The notes below the pieces were generated by a model that did no database searches, had not been told where the DNA came from, and saw only the letters and a program-made list of their open reading frames with translations. The position numbers and the translations under genes are program-made. From NCBI RefSeq assembly GCF_009914755.1, contig NC_060937.1: a stretch of 64,000 nucleotides of DNA. One strand, given 5' to 3'. Shown in pieces: positions 1 to 14,858 of the stretch; positions within the stretch are counted from its first letter, which is position 1; every line of letters starts with the position of its first letter. Source of the DNA: the human T2T-CHM13v2.0 reference genome, Homo sapiens.

Positions 1-486
<486 letters not shown>

Positions 487-1004
487 TGGATCAATCTTTC
501 TGAACTATTATTAATTGAAAAAAAAGCAAAAATATGGTGCAGGTTATAATGAATAACATGATACCATTGAGATTCTTAAAGGGATTAAAAGAATTTTTTA
601 AAATATACACAAATGAGCTTTTAAAAAATAAAAGTTTTTAAAAATATATGATACACAAACGAGCATATAATATATGCACATACATCACAAATACATTATG
701 CATGCATGCTTGAATATACATAGACACCTGCAGAAGTAGTAACAGAGGTTGCTTTGAATTTAGTGTCAGGGATAACGAGAATCTACTTTTCTCTATATTC
801 CTTTGGTATGGTAATGCTTGAATTTTTTTTTTCCCCAGAATTTTAGAATAATTAACAAGATAAAAATGACCTGAAAACCTTTGTCCCCATGTCCTGTCTG
901 CCACTTCAGTGGCTCCTGGTGCTCATCTGTGCCTACAACACCCAGTATGTTTGAGTGCCTCAAATGGACTCCAAACTACTTGAGGGCAGGGACTATGGCT
1001 CATT

Positions 1005-1222
1005 TGTTTGGACCTTCCTTGGGCAAGCTCTGTAACTTCTGTAAACCTGTTTTCTCAATGGTAAAATGGAAATGACCCTAATAGTGGTCGCTGATATTTA
1101 TTAAGTAACTAGCATGGGTCCAGGCTGTGTGCTTAGTGCTTTTAATATGGATTATTTTATCCAATCTCAAAACAACCCTGATTAGTTTTGCTATCATCCC
1201 CATTTTATAGATGAGAAAAGAG
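1005..1222. mobile_element. Two MIR fragments in opposite orientations
   Basis: gggcaag...ttttctcaatggtaaaatgg (+) and cccattttatagatgag (-) MIR core motifs. Confidence 0.6.
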
Positions 1223-1223
1223 A

Positions 1224-1531
1224 CTTTTTATTTTTATCTTTGGAGAGAAAGTCTTGCTGTATTACCCAGGCTGGAGTGCAATGGTGCAATCATAGCTCGC
1301 TGCAGCTTGAAACTCCTAGATTCAAGTGATCCTCTCACCTCAGCCTCCCTCCCACCCCCCTCTTCCCAAGTAGCTGGGACTAGAGGCATGTACCACCATG
1401 CCTGGCTAATTTTTTGTGTACAGACAGGGTCTCATTATATTGTGCAGGCTGCTCTCGAACTCTGGCCTCAAAGATCCTCCTGCTTCAGCCTCCCAAATCA
1501 CTGGGGTTACAGGTGAGCCACCACACCTGGA
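1224..1531 (-). mobile_element. Alu (AluJ-like)
   Basis: Diverged antisense Alu dimer. Confidence 0.9.
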
Positions 1532-3076
1532 CAGGAAGAAAACCTGTATCATCAAACTAACAAGTGGAAGAGTCAGGAAGATGTGTCTGTTTTCAGGATG
1601 CATGTACATTTATAAGGCTGTGGTAAGGAGTGAGAAAGTGCAGGTGAAGTGTCTGGCCCTCAGTAGGTGTTTAGGAAATGCTAGATATGATTACCGATGT
1701 TATTCCTGCCCTACCAGGAAACTCTTCCAGCTATTAAAAACATGCACCTGATTGAACAGAAACAAAGTGGCTTTATCCTGAAATAACTGATGAAATTATA
1801 GCAGACACATGGCTACAGCTTGGGCTCAAACATGTGGAAGCATCTCTCCTTTCTTCAGTTGTGAGTGAATTGCCATGGGAGGTCATTAGGGAAAGTACTG
1901 TAGCAGGGTGTGTTTTTTTTTCCTTCGGGATATGACGGTTTTACTGCTATTAATAACAGATGTGGCCAGGCAATTACAGACTTAAGATGGTTGATCACAT
2001 CTTGCATTTTAAAGCTTAATCTGATCACCTCCAGGGTCAAGGAATTACATAGCTATCATAATGGATAAAGTCTGTCTTGTGCCACCACTTGTGGACCAAA
2101 GTTCAAGCCTTTGAGGTCTGAAATAGTTTATCTTTGTTCTGCAGCGTGGGGGGTTGAGGGGGGGTGGCGGGGCGGGGTGAGGGAGAAAGAGAAAGAGACA
2201 GAGAGAGAGGAGATTTATTTTCCGTGCATGTATAAGCTGCTCCAAAGCTCAGCCATGAGGGTGCCCTGTTACCCTGGCTCCCATTCAAGTTTAGCTAGTA
2301 AAGCTACTTTTGGGAAAAATGAGAAGTCAGGAGGCCACAATTCTGCTTTCAGGTCTGCTACAATTCCCTTTGCAATTCTGAGGCTTTTACTCATTTGTGA
2401 AATTTGGACAATCTCACGACATTTACTTGTCCTCTCCACAAAACTTAGAGCTCTCTAAAGCAGACATTCTTCTAGCAACCATTGAATTCTCAGTGTCTAA
2501 AATAGTGTCTGGTATATAGCAGACACTCAATAAACACTAAACGAATGAATAAATGACTGTCTGGGTTTCCTTCCAGTTACAACATAACATGATTCCATAA
2601 AATCATAATCTAGTGCATTGAGTTGACTCCAATGCATGTGGCAGATAACATTTGCTATCAGCTTTCTTGATTTTCTCTGCCCACTATTGAGACAACTTCA
2701 TGAACATTTCCACCAGAATGTAAGTAACATGTATAAAAGGAGATGACCTGAGATTTGCCAAATTTTCCTCTTTTCTAGCCGTACTGAAAATGGTTTGGAA
2801 AAAGAAGAAAGTATTCATTTGAAGTGTCGGTTATCTGCTGGTTTTATTTACACAGGGTGTGCCTGTCAACCACTCCCATCCATAATTGAGACCAGCCACC
2901 CACAGCACCTGTCGTCAAGGCCTCTATACTCAGTTCCCCTTAGTGAGATAAGGTGAAGAGAGACCACTAGCTAACAATGTGTGAAAGCTTCAAGTGACAT
3001 GACAGTCACTCCAGATCTGGAAGGGGAAATGACAAAGGAAGACATTCTGGTTTTTTGTTTGTTTTCATGTACATGA

Positions 3077-3420
3077 GTCAGGGTTCTTGGTTGTAAATAA
3101 GACAAACTCACTCTGGCTGATTGAAGCGGAAGAATTTATTGTAAGGATTTCAGGTACCACGGAATAAAAAGGATACTGTCACTGGTTCCACCATGATTGC
3201 TAGGTACTACCAGTCTCTAGAAACTCGACCACCAAGATGAATTTTAACGTGTCTCTGTCTTTGCACCACTTGATCAAGATTCACAGTTCCCAAAAGGAGA
3301 ATCTCATTGGCCAGATCACACGCCACCCTAGCTGTGAGGGGTTGGGAGACCAAGTATGTGGCCCCCTTATGCTCCACGGTGGGAAAGAAGGTCCTAAGAC
3401 TCTCACAGTGATGGAGTGCC
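3077..3420 (-). mobile_element. MLT1-type (MaLR) LTR fossil
   Basis: agtcagggttcttggttgtaaataagacaaactcactctggctgattgaagc...aatttattg resembles an MLT1 end. Confidence 0.5.
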
Positions 3421-3624
3421 CCAAATATAAAGAATGTTTGCATGCTGGTCAGCCACAGAAAAATGAGAGATGTCCAATGCATCACAGTTTAGTAGTGTAG
3501 CATCATTTATAAAGATGGGTAAAACTCAGTCTGTACAGCCACACATCCAGTGCCCTAAGTGGGGCAGATTTATGATTAATGGGCATAGGCTTGTTAGGAT
3601 TTCTTGCTCTAAAGGCTGAAAATT

Positions 3625-3914
3625 GGCTGGGCATGGTGGCTCACACCTGTAATCCCTGCATTTTGGGAGGCTGAGGTGGGCAGATCACTTGAGGACAGGA
3701 ATTCAAGACCACCCTGGCCAATATGGTGAAACCCCGTCTCTGCTAAAAATATAAAAAGCCAGGCGTGGTGGTGCATGCCTGTAATCCCAGCTACTCAGGA
3801 GGCTAAGGCAGGAGGATCACTTGAACCCGGGAGGCAGAGGTTGCAGTGAGCCAAGATTGCGCCACTGCACCCCTACCTGGGCGACAGAGTGAGACTCTGT
3901 CTCAAAAATAAAAA
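3625..3914 (+). mobile_element. Alu (AluS-like)
   Basis: Full dimer with a perfect 15-bp TSD taaaggctgaaaatt (3610-3624 and 3915-3929). Confidence 0.96.
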
Positions 3915-4452
3915 TAAAGGCTGAAAATTTTACCAGCCAAAATTAAATTTTAACCAGTTAGCAGTTTCCTGGCACTTTGCCCATAACAATTTTAAAAGTT
4001 GTGGTTGAGCACTGCATGCTAGTGGTATATTACAAAACTCCATGCTGCCACCATAGATGAACCCAGGAGAAGTTCTCCTTAATCAAGTTTCCATTTTCCC
4101 CTCCTAAGTCCTCGAAAGAGCAAGACGACTCCATGCTTTGCTCCTTCGTAGTCTAGTAGTGACTCTGGAACTCCAGGAACACAGCTTATAGACTTTAGCC
4201 CCAGCTCCCCACATAAGGGTCTGGAGGCTGAGTATAAGAAGGGCCAGGATCCATGCTGGGAAACTGCTTGGTCCATGATGGTGATCCTCAAGGCAATAAA
4301 CAGGACTGAGACCTGCAGAGGAGCTGGCCTGACTGCAGAGGACAAAAGCAGGGGTGTGAGCAGGTAAAGTGGAGGTCACAGCACGAGGCTTCTTCATCCA
4401 ACCAAGGACATAAAAAGTTGCAGCAATTTCACTTCCAGGAATCTAATTCCAG

Positions 4453-5302
4453 TGTTGTGATATAGGAGAAACCAAAGTGTTGTCTCCCACTCTCACACAG
4501 CCAGCACACTTTTAACACTAGATGTGTGGGGGATGTTTCCCCTCATACCAAGCAATTCTGCAACAGACACCGGCTGGGTGTCCTTTAATTCAATTCAATT
4601 CTGGCACTATGTACCTGGAAATAGCAGGGGCTCAGGGTTTGATCCTATGAGACCGCCCCCCATTTCAGATGCCAATCCCAGGTAGTAGGTTGTCTCCTGT
4701 ACCTCTGCCTGCCCAGCTATAAACTGGAGTTCCCCCAACCCACTCCTTGTTTGGACTAATCTGCTAGAGTGGATCACAGAACTCAGTGAAACACTTTACT
4801 TCTGTTTGCTCATTTATGAGGAAGGATATTACAAAGCATATAGATGAACAGTGAGATGGAAGAGATGCACAGGGCAAGAAATGTGGGAAGGGCTGTGGCG
4901 CTTCCATATCCTCTCTGAGCACGCCACCCTCTAGGAACCTGATGTTCTGCTCTCCAGAACTCAACAAACCCTATCCTTTGGGCTTTTATACAGGCTTCAT
5001 TGCATATGTCTGATTGATTACATCATTGGTCACTGGTGATCAACTTAACTTTCAGCCCCTCTCCTCTCTGTGGAGGTCTGGGGGGACAGGGTGGGACTAA
5101 AAGTCCCAACCCTCTAATCCTGCCTTGATCTTTCTGGTGACCAGTCCCCATCCTGAAGCTATCTAGGGTCTCCAAGTCACCAACCATCTCATTAGCATAC
5201 AAAAGGTAAGATATTTTCATCACTCTGGAGAGTCCAAGGAATTTAAGAGTTTTAGGTCAGGAAACAGGGACTACAATCAAATATATATTTCACAATATCA
5301 CA
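4453..5302 (-). mobile_element. MER21-family solo LTR inserted into an old L1
   Basis: The reverse complement begins tgtgatattgtgaaatatatatttg, the MER21 start. L1M-like sequence resumes on both flanks. Confidence 0.8.
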
Positions 5303-5740
5303 CGCAGATATACCTGCACAAGTACACACTGATCTATGTACAGGGATATTCACTGAAGCATTGTTGGCAACCACAAAAAAAGAAAAACTGGAAATAATCA
5401 TCCATGGTTACATCAGTTCAATATATTACTGTATAATCATACTATGAGACATAACACAACTACAAGAAAGAGGTCATATATAAGTGATATGATAATGTTG
5501 ATATATTAAGTTAGAAGAGCACGTGGCAGAACAGTTTGCATACTACTATTCCGTTTTTTTTTAGAAGGGAATATACAAATAGTCTTGTATATACTGGAAG
5601 GGCAACCCAGGAACCGTGGGAACTTTTTGGGGAGGGTGGCAAGGAAAGAGAGACCTTTACTTTTCATTTTCTATCCTATTTCTGTTTGACTATTTACTGT
5701 GTAGATGTAGTCTACTCATAATTAAAACAAACTAATTTAA
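5303..5740 (+). mobile_element. L1M-type 3' fragment (its 5' part is at ~4415-4452)
   Basis: tatgtacagggatattcactgaagcattgttggcaacc...aactggaaataatc. Confidence 0.6.
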
Positions 5741-6999
5741 AATGCCGGAAAAGTGAAGCATAGCAGGAAAAAGGAGTCAACAGTAAAGAAAAATTTTCCC
5801 CAAAAGGGGCTTCTCTCAGTTAAGAACACTTCTGAACTGTACTCACTGAATGTGAAGACCCAAAGAGAAAACAGTCTCTGTCTGTGTCTTTTCCTTAATG
5901 TCGCTCAGAGCCAGACCTCTACTCACCTGGTGAGGACCTGGGTCAGTCTCCTGGTATTTGGACATGATCTGAGAGGAGTGAGTCAGGTAAAGGAACCTTC
6001 TGGACCACAGACAACAGCCAGGCTCAGCAGGGATCACTGAGGTAGGAATCCCCCCACCCAAACCCCTAAAAAAGAGCCAACAGTTATTAAAAACATGGGA
6101 CTAGAGTGGGGCAGACTGGGTTTATGGTCCTGTTACAACAGTGGTGATGCTAACAGTTAAAAGACCATAGAAGCTTGTTTCAAATTAATTGGCCTGTAGA
6201 GTAGGAAAAAAAAAAAATGACTCTACTAATGATCCTAGGCAATTCTGTCTTCTAGGTTACAGCAAGCAGCCCCCAGAATGGCCTTTATTGAAGCCTGAGT
6301 GACAAGAAGCCTGTAGCGGGGTGAGGGGGACCCGCTTGGAAAAAGGCCCCAAAAGAGGAGCTCTTCCTAACTCTCCAATGACATGGGAAAATTTTACTCA
6401 CACAAAATTCCCTGGAAACCCAGCCACCTCCCGCTCCAAGAGAAGGCCTAGAGATGCAGTGGCCAGAGACAGCCTCAGGCCTTCTTCCCCATGCTGGGGG
6501 TGCTGCTGCTTGCCTTCACCCCGACCCGGTATCCCCACTTCCCGCTGCCCCAGATCTCCCAGGCTGAATGTCCCCTCTTCGCCTCCACTCTTCTGAGCTT
6601 CTAAGAGCTAACTCCAAGTGAGGAACTGAACCCCTTCCACCCCTACCTCCCCAGGCAATCTGTAGAGCTCTTGAGCCCTAATACCAGTGTCTGGGAGGCG
6701 CGTAAACGCTTCCATTTTTATCCTTCCACTGCAGAAAATGCCCAGTTTAGTCTGGGAGACACTCAGACCCCTCGGGACAAGGGTGGCTAGAGAGAGGTCC
6801 AAGCTGCCCTGGGTGGGTGGGGAGTCAAGGCAGGCCAAAGCTTCAGATTTAGACAGTAACCACCAAATCCGACCTGGGCTGCAGGTCCAAGGCCTCTTCC
6901 TCTTTCCTGCATGCTCCGCTCTGCCGCTGGCCCATCTTCCAATGCAACCCCTACAACTACCAAAGCAAAAAGGCCTGTCCCAACTCCATCCTCACGGCC

Positions 7000-8200
<1,201 letters not shown>

Positions 8201-8240
8201 AAGACGGAAAGCCTCATCCTTAGGGGCCAGTTAAGTCAAC

Positions 8241-8322
8241 TGCATGACACAGAGCCTGGAACCTAGTATGTTCTAGAACGTTGCATGACACAGAGCCTGG
8301 AACCTAGTATGTTCTAGAACGT
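8241..8322 (+). repeat. Perfect 2 x 41-bp tandem duplication at an L2 3' end
   Basis: tgcatgacacagagcctggaacctagtatgttctagaacgt at 8241-8281 and 8282-8322, followed by an L2-type (tgaa)n tail. Confidence 0.95.
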
Positions 8323-9071
8323 TTGTTGAATGAATGAATGAATCAATGGCTAAATGGAGGCCACTTGTCATCTCCTCCCGGACTCCACCTGTCTTCCCTC
8401 CCCAACAGACTTGCACCAGGATCAAGTTTTCTTTCCAGCCCCTTTGTGACGGTTTCACTGGAGGTGTGGAAAGAGCTCAAAATGGGGAGTGAGATTTGGA
8501 CCCACATTCCCTCCAGCCTCTTTTTTCTCTTTTACCTCTCTTCCAGCGAGACCTCCCTCAGCCCCTAGGCTAAAGTCTAAGGGCAGCATTCCTATTCTTT
8601 CCACTTGGTGAATTCAGACTCATTCTCATGGTATAACTTTAGAGACCAGTTTATTGTCAGGCATTCGGTGTCCCTAGAACTGTAAATTCAAGCTTTGCAA
8701 CTGGACTTTTAAGTAAAACCTGTGCCTTACACTCAGGAGTTTCTTTTAGCAAAGCAGATTATCATCAACAGAAAATGCGAGGCCTGTGACTTTGGACATT
8801 CAGAGGCATGAGTCGCATGGGTAGTTTGGCGAAGTTGGTCTCCAAGTATATGAGCAAAGGCGCCTGGGATCTGTTACCCCGTACAGTTAAGTGGAAATCC
8901 AGCTGAAGCCTGGAGTTTGGCTGGGAAAGCTTGCAGATTTGATGAATCAATTCCTTTTAGCCAAAGAAACTATATTGGTTTGATTAACTAAGCAAAAAGC
9001 TAGATCTGTAATCATCACACCAGAATTCTTGCAAAACCAAGCAGTATTACGGCAGAGAAACTCTAGGACCA

Positions 9072-9150
9072 AACTCAACTCTACTCAGAGCTTTATACAC
9101 AAGTCTAAGCATAACTCAACTCTACTCAGAGCTTTATACACAAGACCTAA
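9072..9150 (+). repeat. Tandem duplication with 41-bp period (32-bp identical core)
   Basis: aactcaactctactcagagctttatacacaag at 9072 and 9113. Confidence 0.93.
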
Positions 9151-10247
9151 GTAATCCTTAAAATTCTCTCATTTAGGAATTATATCACTCAGTTGTGATT
9201 AGGCAGCAAAATGCCAAGATGCCATCAAATTGGAACCATTTTGTCACATTGATTTATGTTTTCCCTATTTTTACTGAGGAAAAAAAAATGGCTGCCCGGG
9301 TTGACATTGAGAAGCAACTTATAATTGATGTTAAGGCATGCAGGGTTTTATATCCCTAAGAGATCAATTCTTCCTTCTCAAGGGATCAGACCTGCTAACT
9401 GACACAGTGAAAAATAACTAGTCATGTGGCTCTTTTTCATGAACTAAAAAACCGGAGTTCAGTTGTCAGATCTCAGTTGACAGCTTATCTGATTACAAAA
9501 GTAAGAAGAAAACAAGAACTAATTTCTAAGGCTGTTGTATCTATTAGGTTCTGTAGACTCAGTGTCTGCCACCTCAAGTTCTTCAAGAAAACTAGAAAAT
9601 GTTTGGGACCCAAAACAAAAATTATTAGCTCCAAAATAAAAGAAGAAAATGGAAAAATTGGGAAAACATTGTTTAAATACCTAGAAAAGGTACCAGTCAC
9701 CTGCCATTCAACTCAATGTTCAGAGCTACATTTAAATTATATTTAATGTACAGTATGAGTTCATTTTAATATGCTCTGATATGTCATGGGGTGGCCCCCA
9801 AGAAACTCTCATAGTGCCTTGCACCTATAAGAGTTTTTAAATGGCCCAGCTAAATTTGTAATGAAAGGTTTCCAGACCAAGCCACAATCAATGTTTGCTT
9901 TGCATTGGTTGGGGGGATTTTGGTTAATGTTATTGTAAATAGATTACTATCCAATAGAAAAATGAAATTTTCTTTCAAAGAGAAACTTGATAAATCCTAA
10001 ATCTCATGTTCTCAATTACAAGTCAAATATGATTATACTTTGTTAAAAGTAACTTGCAAAAGATCACTATTCAGGATGAAATTCATTAAATGGGAACAAG
10101 TATAGATTCCAACTGAAAATTCAGACTAATTGTTCAGAAATAAACTTCTTTAATTGTATGCAGATGCTTCAGTATTTTATTATTAGCTAATAGCTTACGG
10201 ATAAATTAATATTATTCTCCCAGATAGCAGACTAATCCAAGAAACAA

Positions 10248-10543
10248 GGCCGGGCGTGGTGGCTCAGCACTTTCTGTAATCTCAGCACTTTCGGAGGCCA
10301 AGGCGGATGGATCACCTGAGGTCAGGAGTTCGAAACCAGCCTGGCCAACATGGCACAACCCCGTATCTACTAAAAATACAAAAATTAGCCAGGCATGGTG
10401 GTGGGCGCCTGTAATCCCAGCTACTCAGGAGGCTGAGGCATGAGAATGGCTTGAACCCGGGAGGCAGAGGTTGCAGTCAGCCGAGATCACGCCACCGCAC
10501 TCCAGTCTGGGTGACAGAGCAAGACTCCGTCTAAAAAAAAAAA
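10248..10543 (+). mobile_element. Alu (AluS-like), SERP2 intron 1
   Basis: Full dimer with A tail. Confidence 0.95.
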
Positions 10544-11589
10544 GGAAACAGAGAAATGGAATAATCATTTTGTGATTATACAGTAGTAACTTCTCCAGAA
10601 TGAAGGGGGAATTTAAATTTCAGAGTTCTGAGTTACCCTACGGGTATCTTAATCACAGGGAAAGCCATTCCCTGACATTTTTGGAGCCTCAAGAAGTAGC
10701 AAACTCATGTTTGGAGTAAACCATGTCATTTGCAGAATCACTACTAGTTTTCCCCACCTTTTCCAGCCATAGAGTAAGGTTTATGTGAATTGTCCCAATG
10801 GGATTGTGCTGGGCACCCCTTCTAAAAAGTAGTCACCCAAAGCTGTCAAAAAAAAGATATATGGGTACTATGATCAGCCAAAGTCCCCAAATCATGTTGA
10901 TTCCATGGAGAATGTCATCCAAAAGGTTTTTGTGTTATATGGTCCAAGCTCTACATGCTGATCATCTGTTTTTTCTGCATATGAAAAATAAAGGACTCTA
11001 TTTGGTATCTGTCCTGGGCAAGTAATTCATTACAGGCTTCTGAATTCACTTATTAGCTTTGCTGGAAATAGAGATAAAATGAATTTTTTTATATAGCATC
11101 AGTGGCACAACAGCAACAGAACTGGTTTCTGGGCAACTGTGACAAGTTCCTGGGAAGGTGGTGGAAGAGGGTGGGAAGGGCGAATGTCACACTTTGTTCA
11201 GGTAGCTTTATGAATGTTGTTTACCGGATCTGAACTTGGCCTGGCCTTAAGGGCCAAAAAATGGCACAGTTATCTTATGCAATTATTTAAGACTGATCTT
11301 GTCCTCGTCTGATTAAGAGCAGCCACCGATTCCTTTGCAGTGTGACTTGCCGGCATGTAAGTGGTGGTAGATACAGGCTTAGTCAAGGACAGAGAAGTGA
11401 ATGTCTTAATCCTTAGTCAAAGTCTACCTGCCGTTGACACTTTAATCCATATTTCTCATGTAGGAGAGATACAGGGATAATCCTACACCAATTAGGAATT
11501 ATTACTAAAAAGACAATATCCTTCCTAGAACCTGTGTTTACTCTGCCTAACCTAAGAAATCTTATTTAATGAAACTTGTATGTTTATTT

Positions 11590-11790
11590 GTTCTTTGATG
11601 AACGTTTATTATCTCCTATGTTTAAGTTCTGTGGCAGGCATTTCTATATATTACTACATGAACAAGACATAGTCCCTGCCCTTGTGGGGTCTGTAGTCTC
11701 ATAGACAGACAGATATTAAACACATTAATTATCACAAGAATAAATATAGACCTACAAACTGTGACACATGCTATCAAGAAAAAGTATGTG
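11590..11790 (-). mobile_element. L2 fragment
   Basis: atgaacaagacatagtccctgcccttgtggggtctgtagtct L2 motif. Confidence 0.55.
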
Positions 11791-12924
11791 GCCATACAAG
11801 TGACGAGTGGACCCAAGTGAGGTAAAAGAGAAGGGCTCTTTGGTAAGCTGAAAACTAAAGAACTGTTGCCTTATCTATGATAAAATAAATTCCTTTTTTA
11901 GATGAGAAGCCAGTTTACATTTACATTAGCCTAGAACTTAATTTTACATATAAATACAACACATCATAGATTTTACAGTTTTAATATATGATAAATTTTC
12001 TAGGAAAGCAACTACAGTGAAAATCAAAGGAAGATTATCCTTTTTTAAAGAAGTTTTTGTTAGAAACATTACTAAAACTTGTTCAACATTTCAAAAACTT
12101 ACATCCTTGATGATAGCACCACTCGTTTTTTTTGAAACACTATTACATACCTTCAGTCTGAATGTCAAGCTGTGGTATTTGTATGGATATGAACATACCT
12201 TTTAGCCCATATTTTACAATGTTGAATACAATGTTTAAATGTCAACAACATTTAATTGAAATCTGGAATTGGGTTTTATGAGATCAACCACAAATCAATA
12301 CTTGTGAACATTCCACTCTACCAACACGTTTTTCTTTGTGTGTTTTGCATGTGAATTCTTTAACGTGTGTTGAATGCAGCCTATTTTTCAAGCTAATCAG
12401 AAAATAATTAGTGAGTTCTTTGTTGTTGTTTTTTTTTTCACTCTCCGATTCTATTTGAGAAATTCACTTCTTTTCTGATGCATCTCTCAGAAAATATTTG
12501 TTGTTCTGACTGATTTGGGTTTAAGGACCAAGCCCTACCTGCACATAGACCTGGAGGTGTTGTGGAGGGAAGATCTTATTATGTCTGTGCTTTTGGTTTG
12601 AAAAAGCAGGAGGTCTGTAGGGCTTCATTCATGCAGTTTTGACAGTCCCCTTCTGCTTCCCAGAGAATTCAGAGACTTCTCCCAAGTGCAAGCTTTATTA
12701 AGGCTTAGGAGCTTTATTACAAAATGCTGCTTCACTCATAACCATTCACAATTGCTGTGGTGCTTCTGTTGTTGCAAGGATTTCCACTGTACTGACTTCC
12801 TAATTTGGGGTTATGTAAAAGGTTTTCAGAAAATGTCTGTGCTCTCTGATCCTGCTTGGAATTCACAGATGCAAAAACTAAATATTGAATCTGTTAATGG
12901 AAAATACTCAGGCTTTATAATGAG

Positions 12925-13090
12925 GCAGACCTAAATTTGAATCCCAGCTCTTGCTCAAGTTAACAAACTTTGAGCCTCAGTTTCTCAACTCCAAAATGGA
13001 AATAATAATACTTGCCAGAAATAATGAATGCAGACTGCCTAGTGTAGTGCCTGGCACAGAGCATTACTCAGCAGATGGAAAGTTATTATT
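12925..13090 (+). mobile_element. MIR
   Basis: tttgaatcccagctc...tgagcctcagtttctcaactccaaaatggaaataataata. Confidence 0.7.
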
Positions 13091-13399
13091 AATATCATTT
13101 TGGTTCCTAAATCGCCATATTGGTTTATGTATTCATACCATATCTGTCCCCAGAATATTTAAGACCACCAAGTTCACTGAGTTACAGGGATGTTAATAAG
13201 GTTATGGATGAATTTTTACAAACCTGTCTCAATCCTTTTAATGGACTTCATTCATCTATATCTGTCCACTGAGGGATTGAAACCAAGTCTGTCTCATTCG
13301 CAGTAGAATCCCCAGCACCTAGCACAATGCCTAGTGATACTCAAATAATTGTTTATTGAGTCAATGAACCTAATCTTACTTTTTCCCATTCCCTTTTAG

Positions 13400-13519
<120 letters not shown>

Positions 13520-13864
13520 TGAAAAACACACGTTTTCTTCACAAAGCAAATAGATGAAAAACATACTGGTATGGGATTCAAGTTTATCACTGCCTTAAGC
13601 CTTAATCTTAATGGGTTTTGATTTAGTTTCTATTCCAAATATAGGTAGAGACACAATTAATACACTATCAAATCCTAATCATAAAATGATTACACTGAGT
13701 AGTTAAAGTGGCTGTATACACTGTAGAGTTCAGTAAAGTCTTTTTGTGCAGACATAGCCTTAAAAGGGCATTAGAACAGAAGGTGAAACACCTGTGTGCC
13801 TGTGATAAATCCACATTCCGAGAAAGGGAGAGGCCTTATGCCTTATGAGAAAGTTCTGCAGAGC

Positions 13865-13892
13865 TCCTAGATACAACTTCCTAGATACAACT
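13865..13892 (+). repeat. 2 x 14-bp perfect tandem repeat
   Basis: tcctagatacaact repeated twice. Confidence 0.85.
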
Positions 13893-14858
13893 GAGCCTTT
13901 GACCCAAGCCTTAAGGTATGGGTCACCTGATACTGTAAGGTGGCAAGTTGAGAGCTTTACTTACACACATGCAGATACACACATACACACAAATGCAGGG
14001 AAGATGAGCAGAAGCATCGTGCCATTGTTTCTAGTTACATGCTGAACTAGCCTTGACATGGTTCCTGATCCCCATATGTTGGGTCTCAGAAATCCTTGTG
14101 AGTGGAGGTCACTTCTTCTAACTACACAGCATGCCTTGAGGGATTCCCACCCTCCAGCATCTCACTGTTACTGAGGGCAGGGAGGCAGAAGGTCCACATC
14201 TTCCTGCTCAGGCTTAGGCCTCCCAGCAAGACAGCCTCTGCCCCAATGACAAGAGAAGCCCATGACTAAAGATGAATCATGCATTCAAACCTAAAATCAT
14301 GAAAATTAAAAAAAAAATTTAAGATGGATCAGTTCCTTTTATCTTCAAGAGACCACTCTTCCAAAGAAGCAAAAACTCTTAGGAGGAAGGAAGGATCCAA
14401 AGTACTTGGCATTATTGTTGCTTGTGGCTCAAATATTTTAAAGATGATTTGGCATTCCAAGATGAGAAAATCTTACACTCAAAGAAAGACAGTTCTACTC
14501 TATTCCCAAAGAAGTATCTTTAAGGACATCTTTTAAACAGCTGTTTACCCAATCCCTATTTGAATACTTCTTCAAAAAGCCTATTCCATGTCTGCTGGAA
14601 TTCTATTAGAAATGTCTCTCCTGTTTTGAATTACACTATGCTGTCTTCTCAGTTGTTCAGATTTGAACTCCTAGGGTAACACAGAATGGACTCGTTCTCC
14701 TCTAAGCACCTTGAATCATCAGATATTTTAAAGATGACTGCCTGGTGGCTCCTTCTGCAAACTAAGCTTCCCTAAATCTCTCGACCTTGCCTCATAAGAT
14801 GTGGTTTCTAGACTCCTCTTCTGGATCTGCTCAATGACTTTCTTAAAGGGTAGCATTT

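Noticed and set aside
8241-9153. 41-bp repeats as a CRISPR-like array
   Set aside because: Two-copy tandem duplications with no spacers and unrelated units, no cas genes, and a human context.
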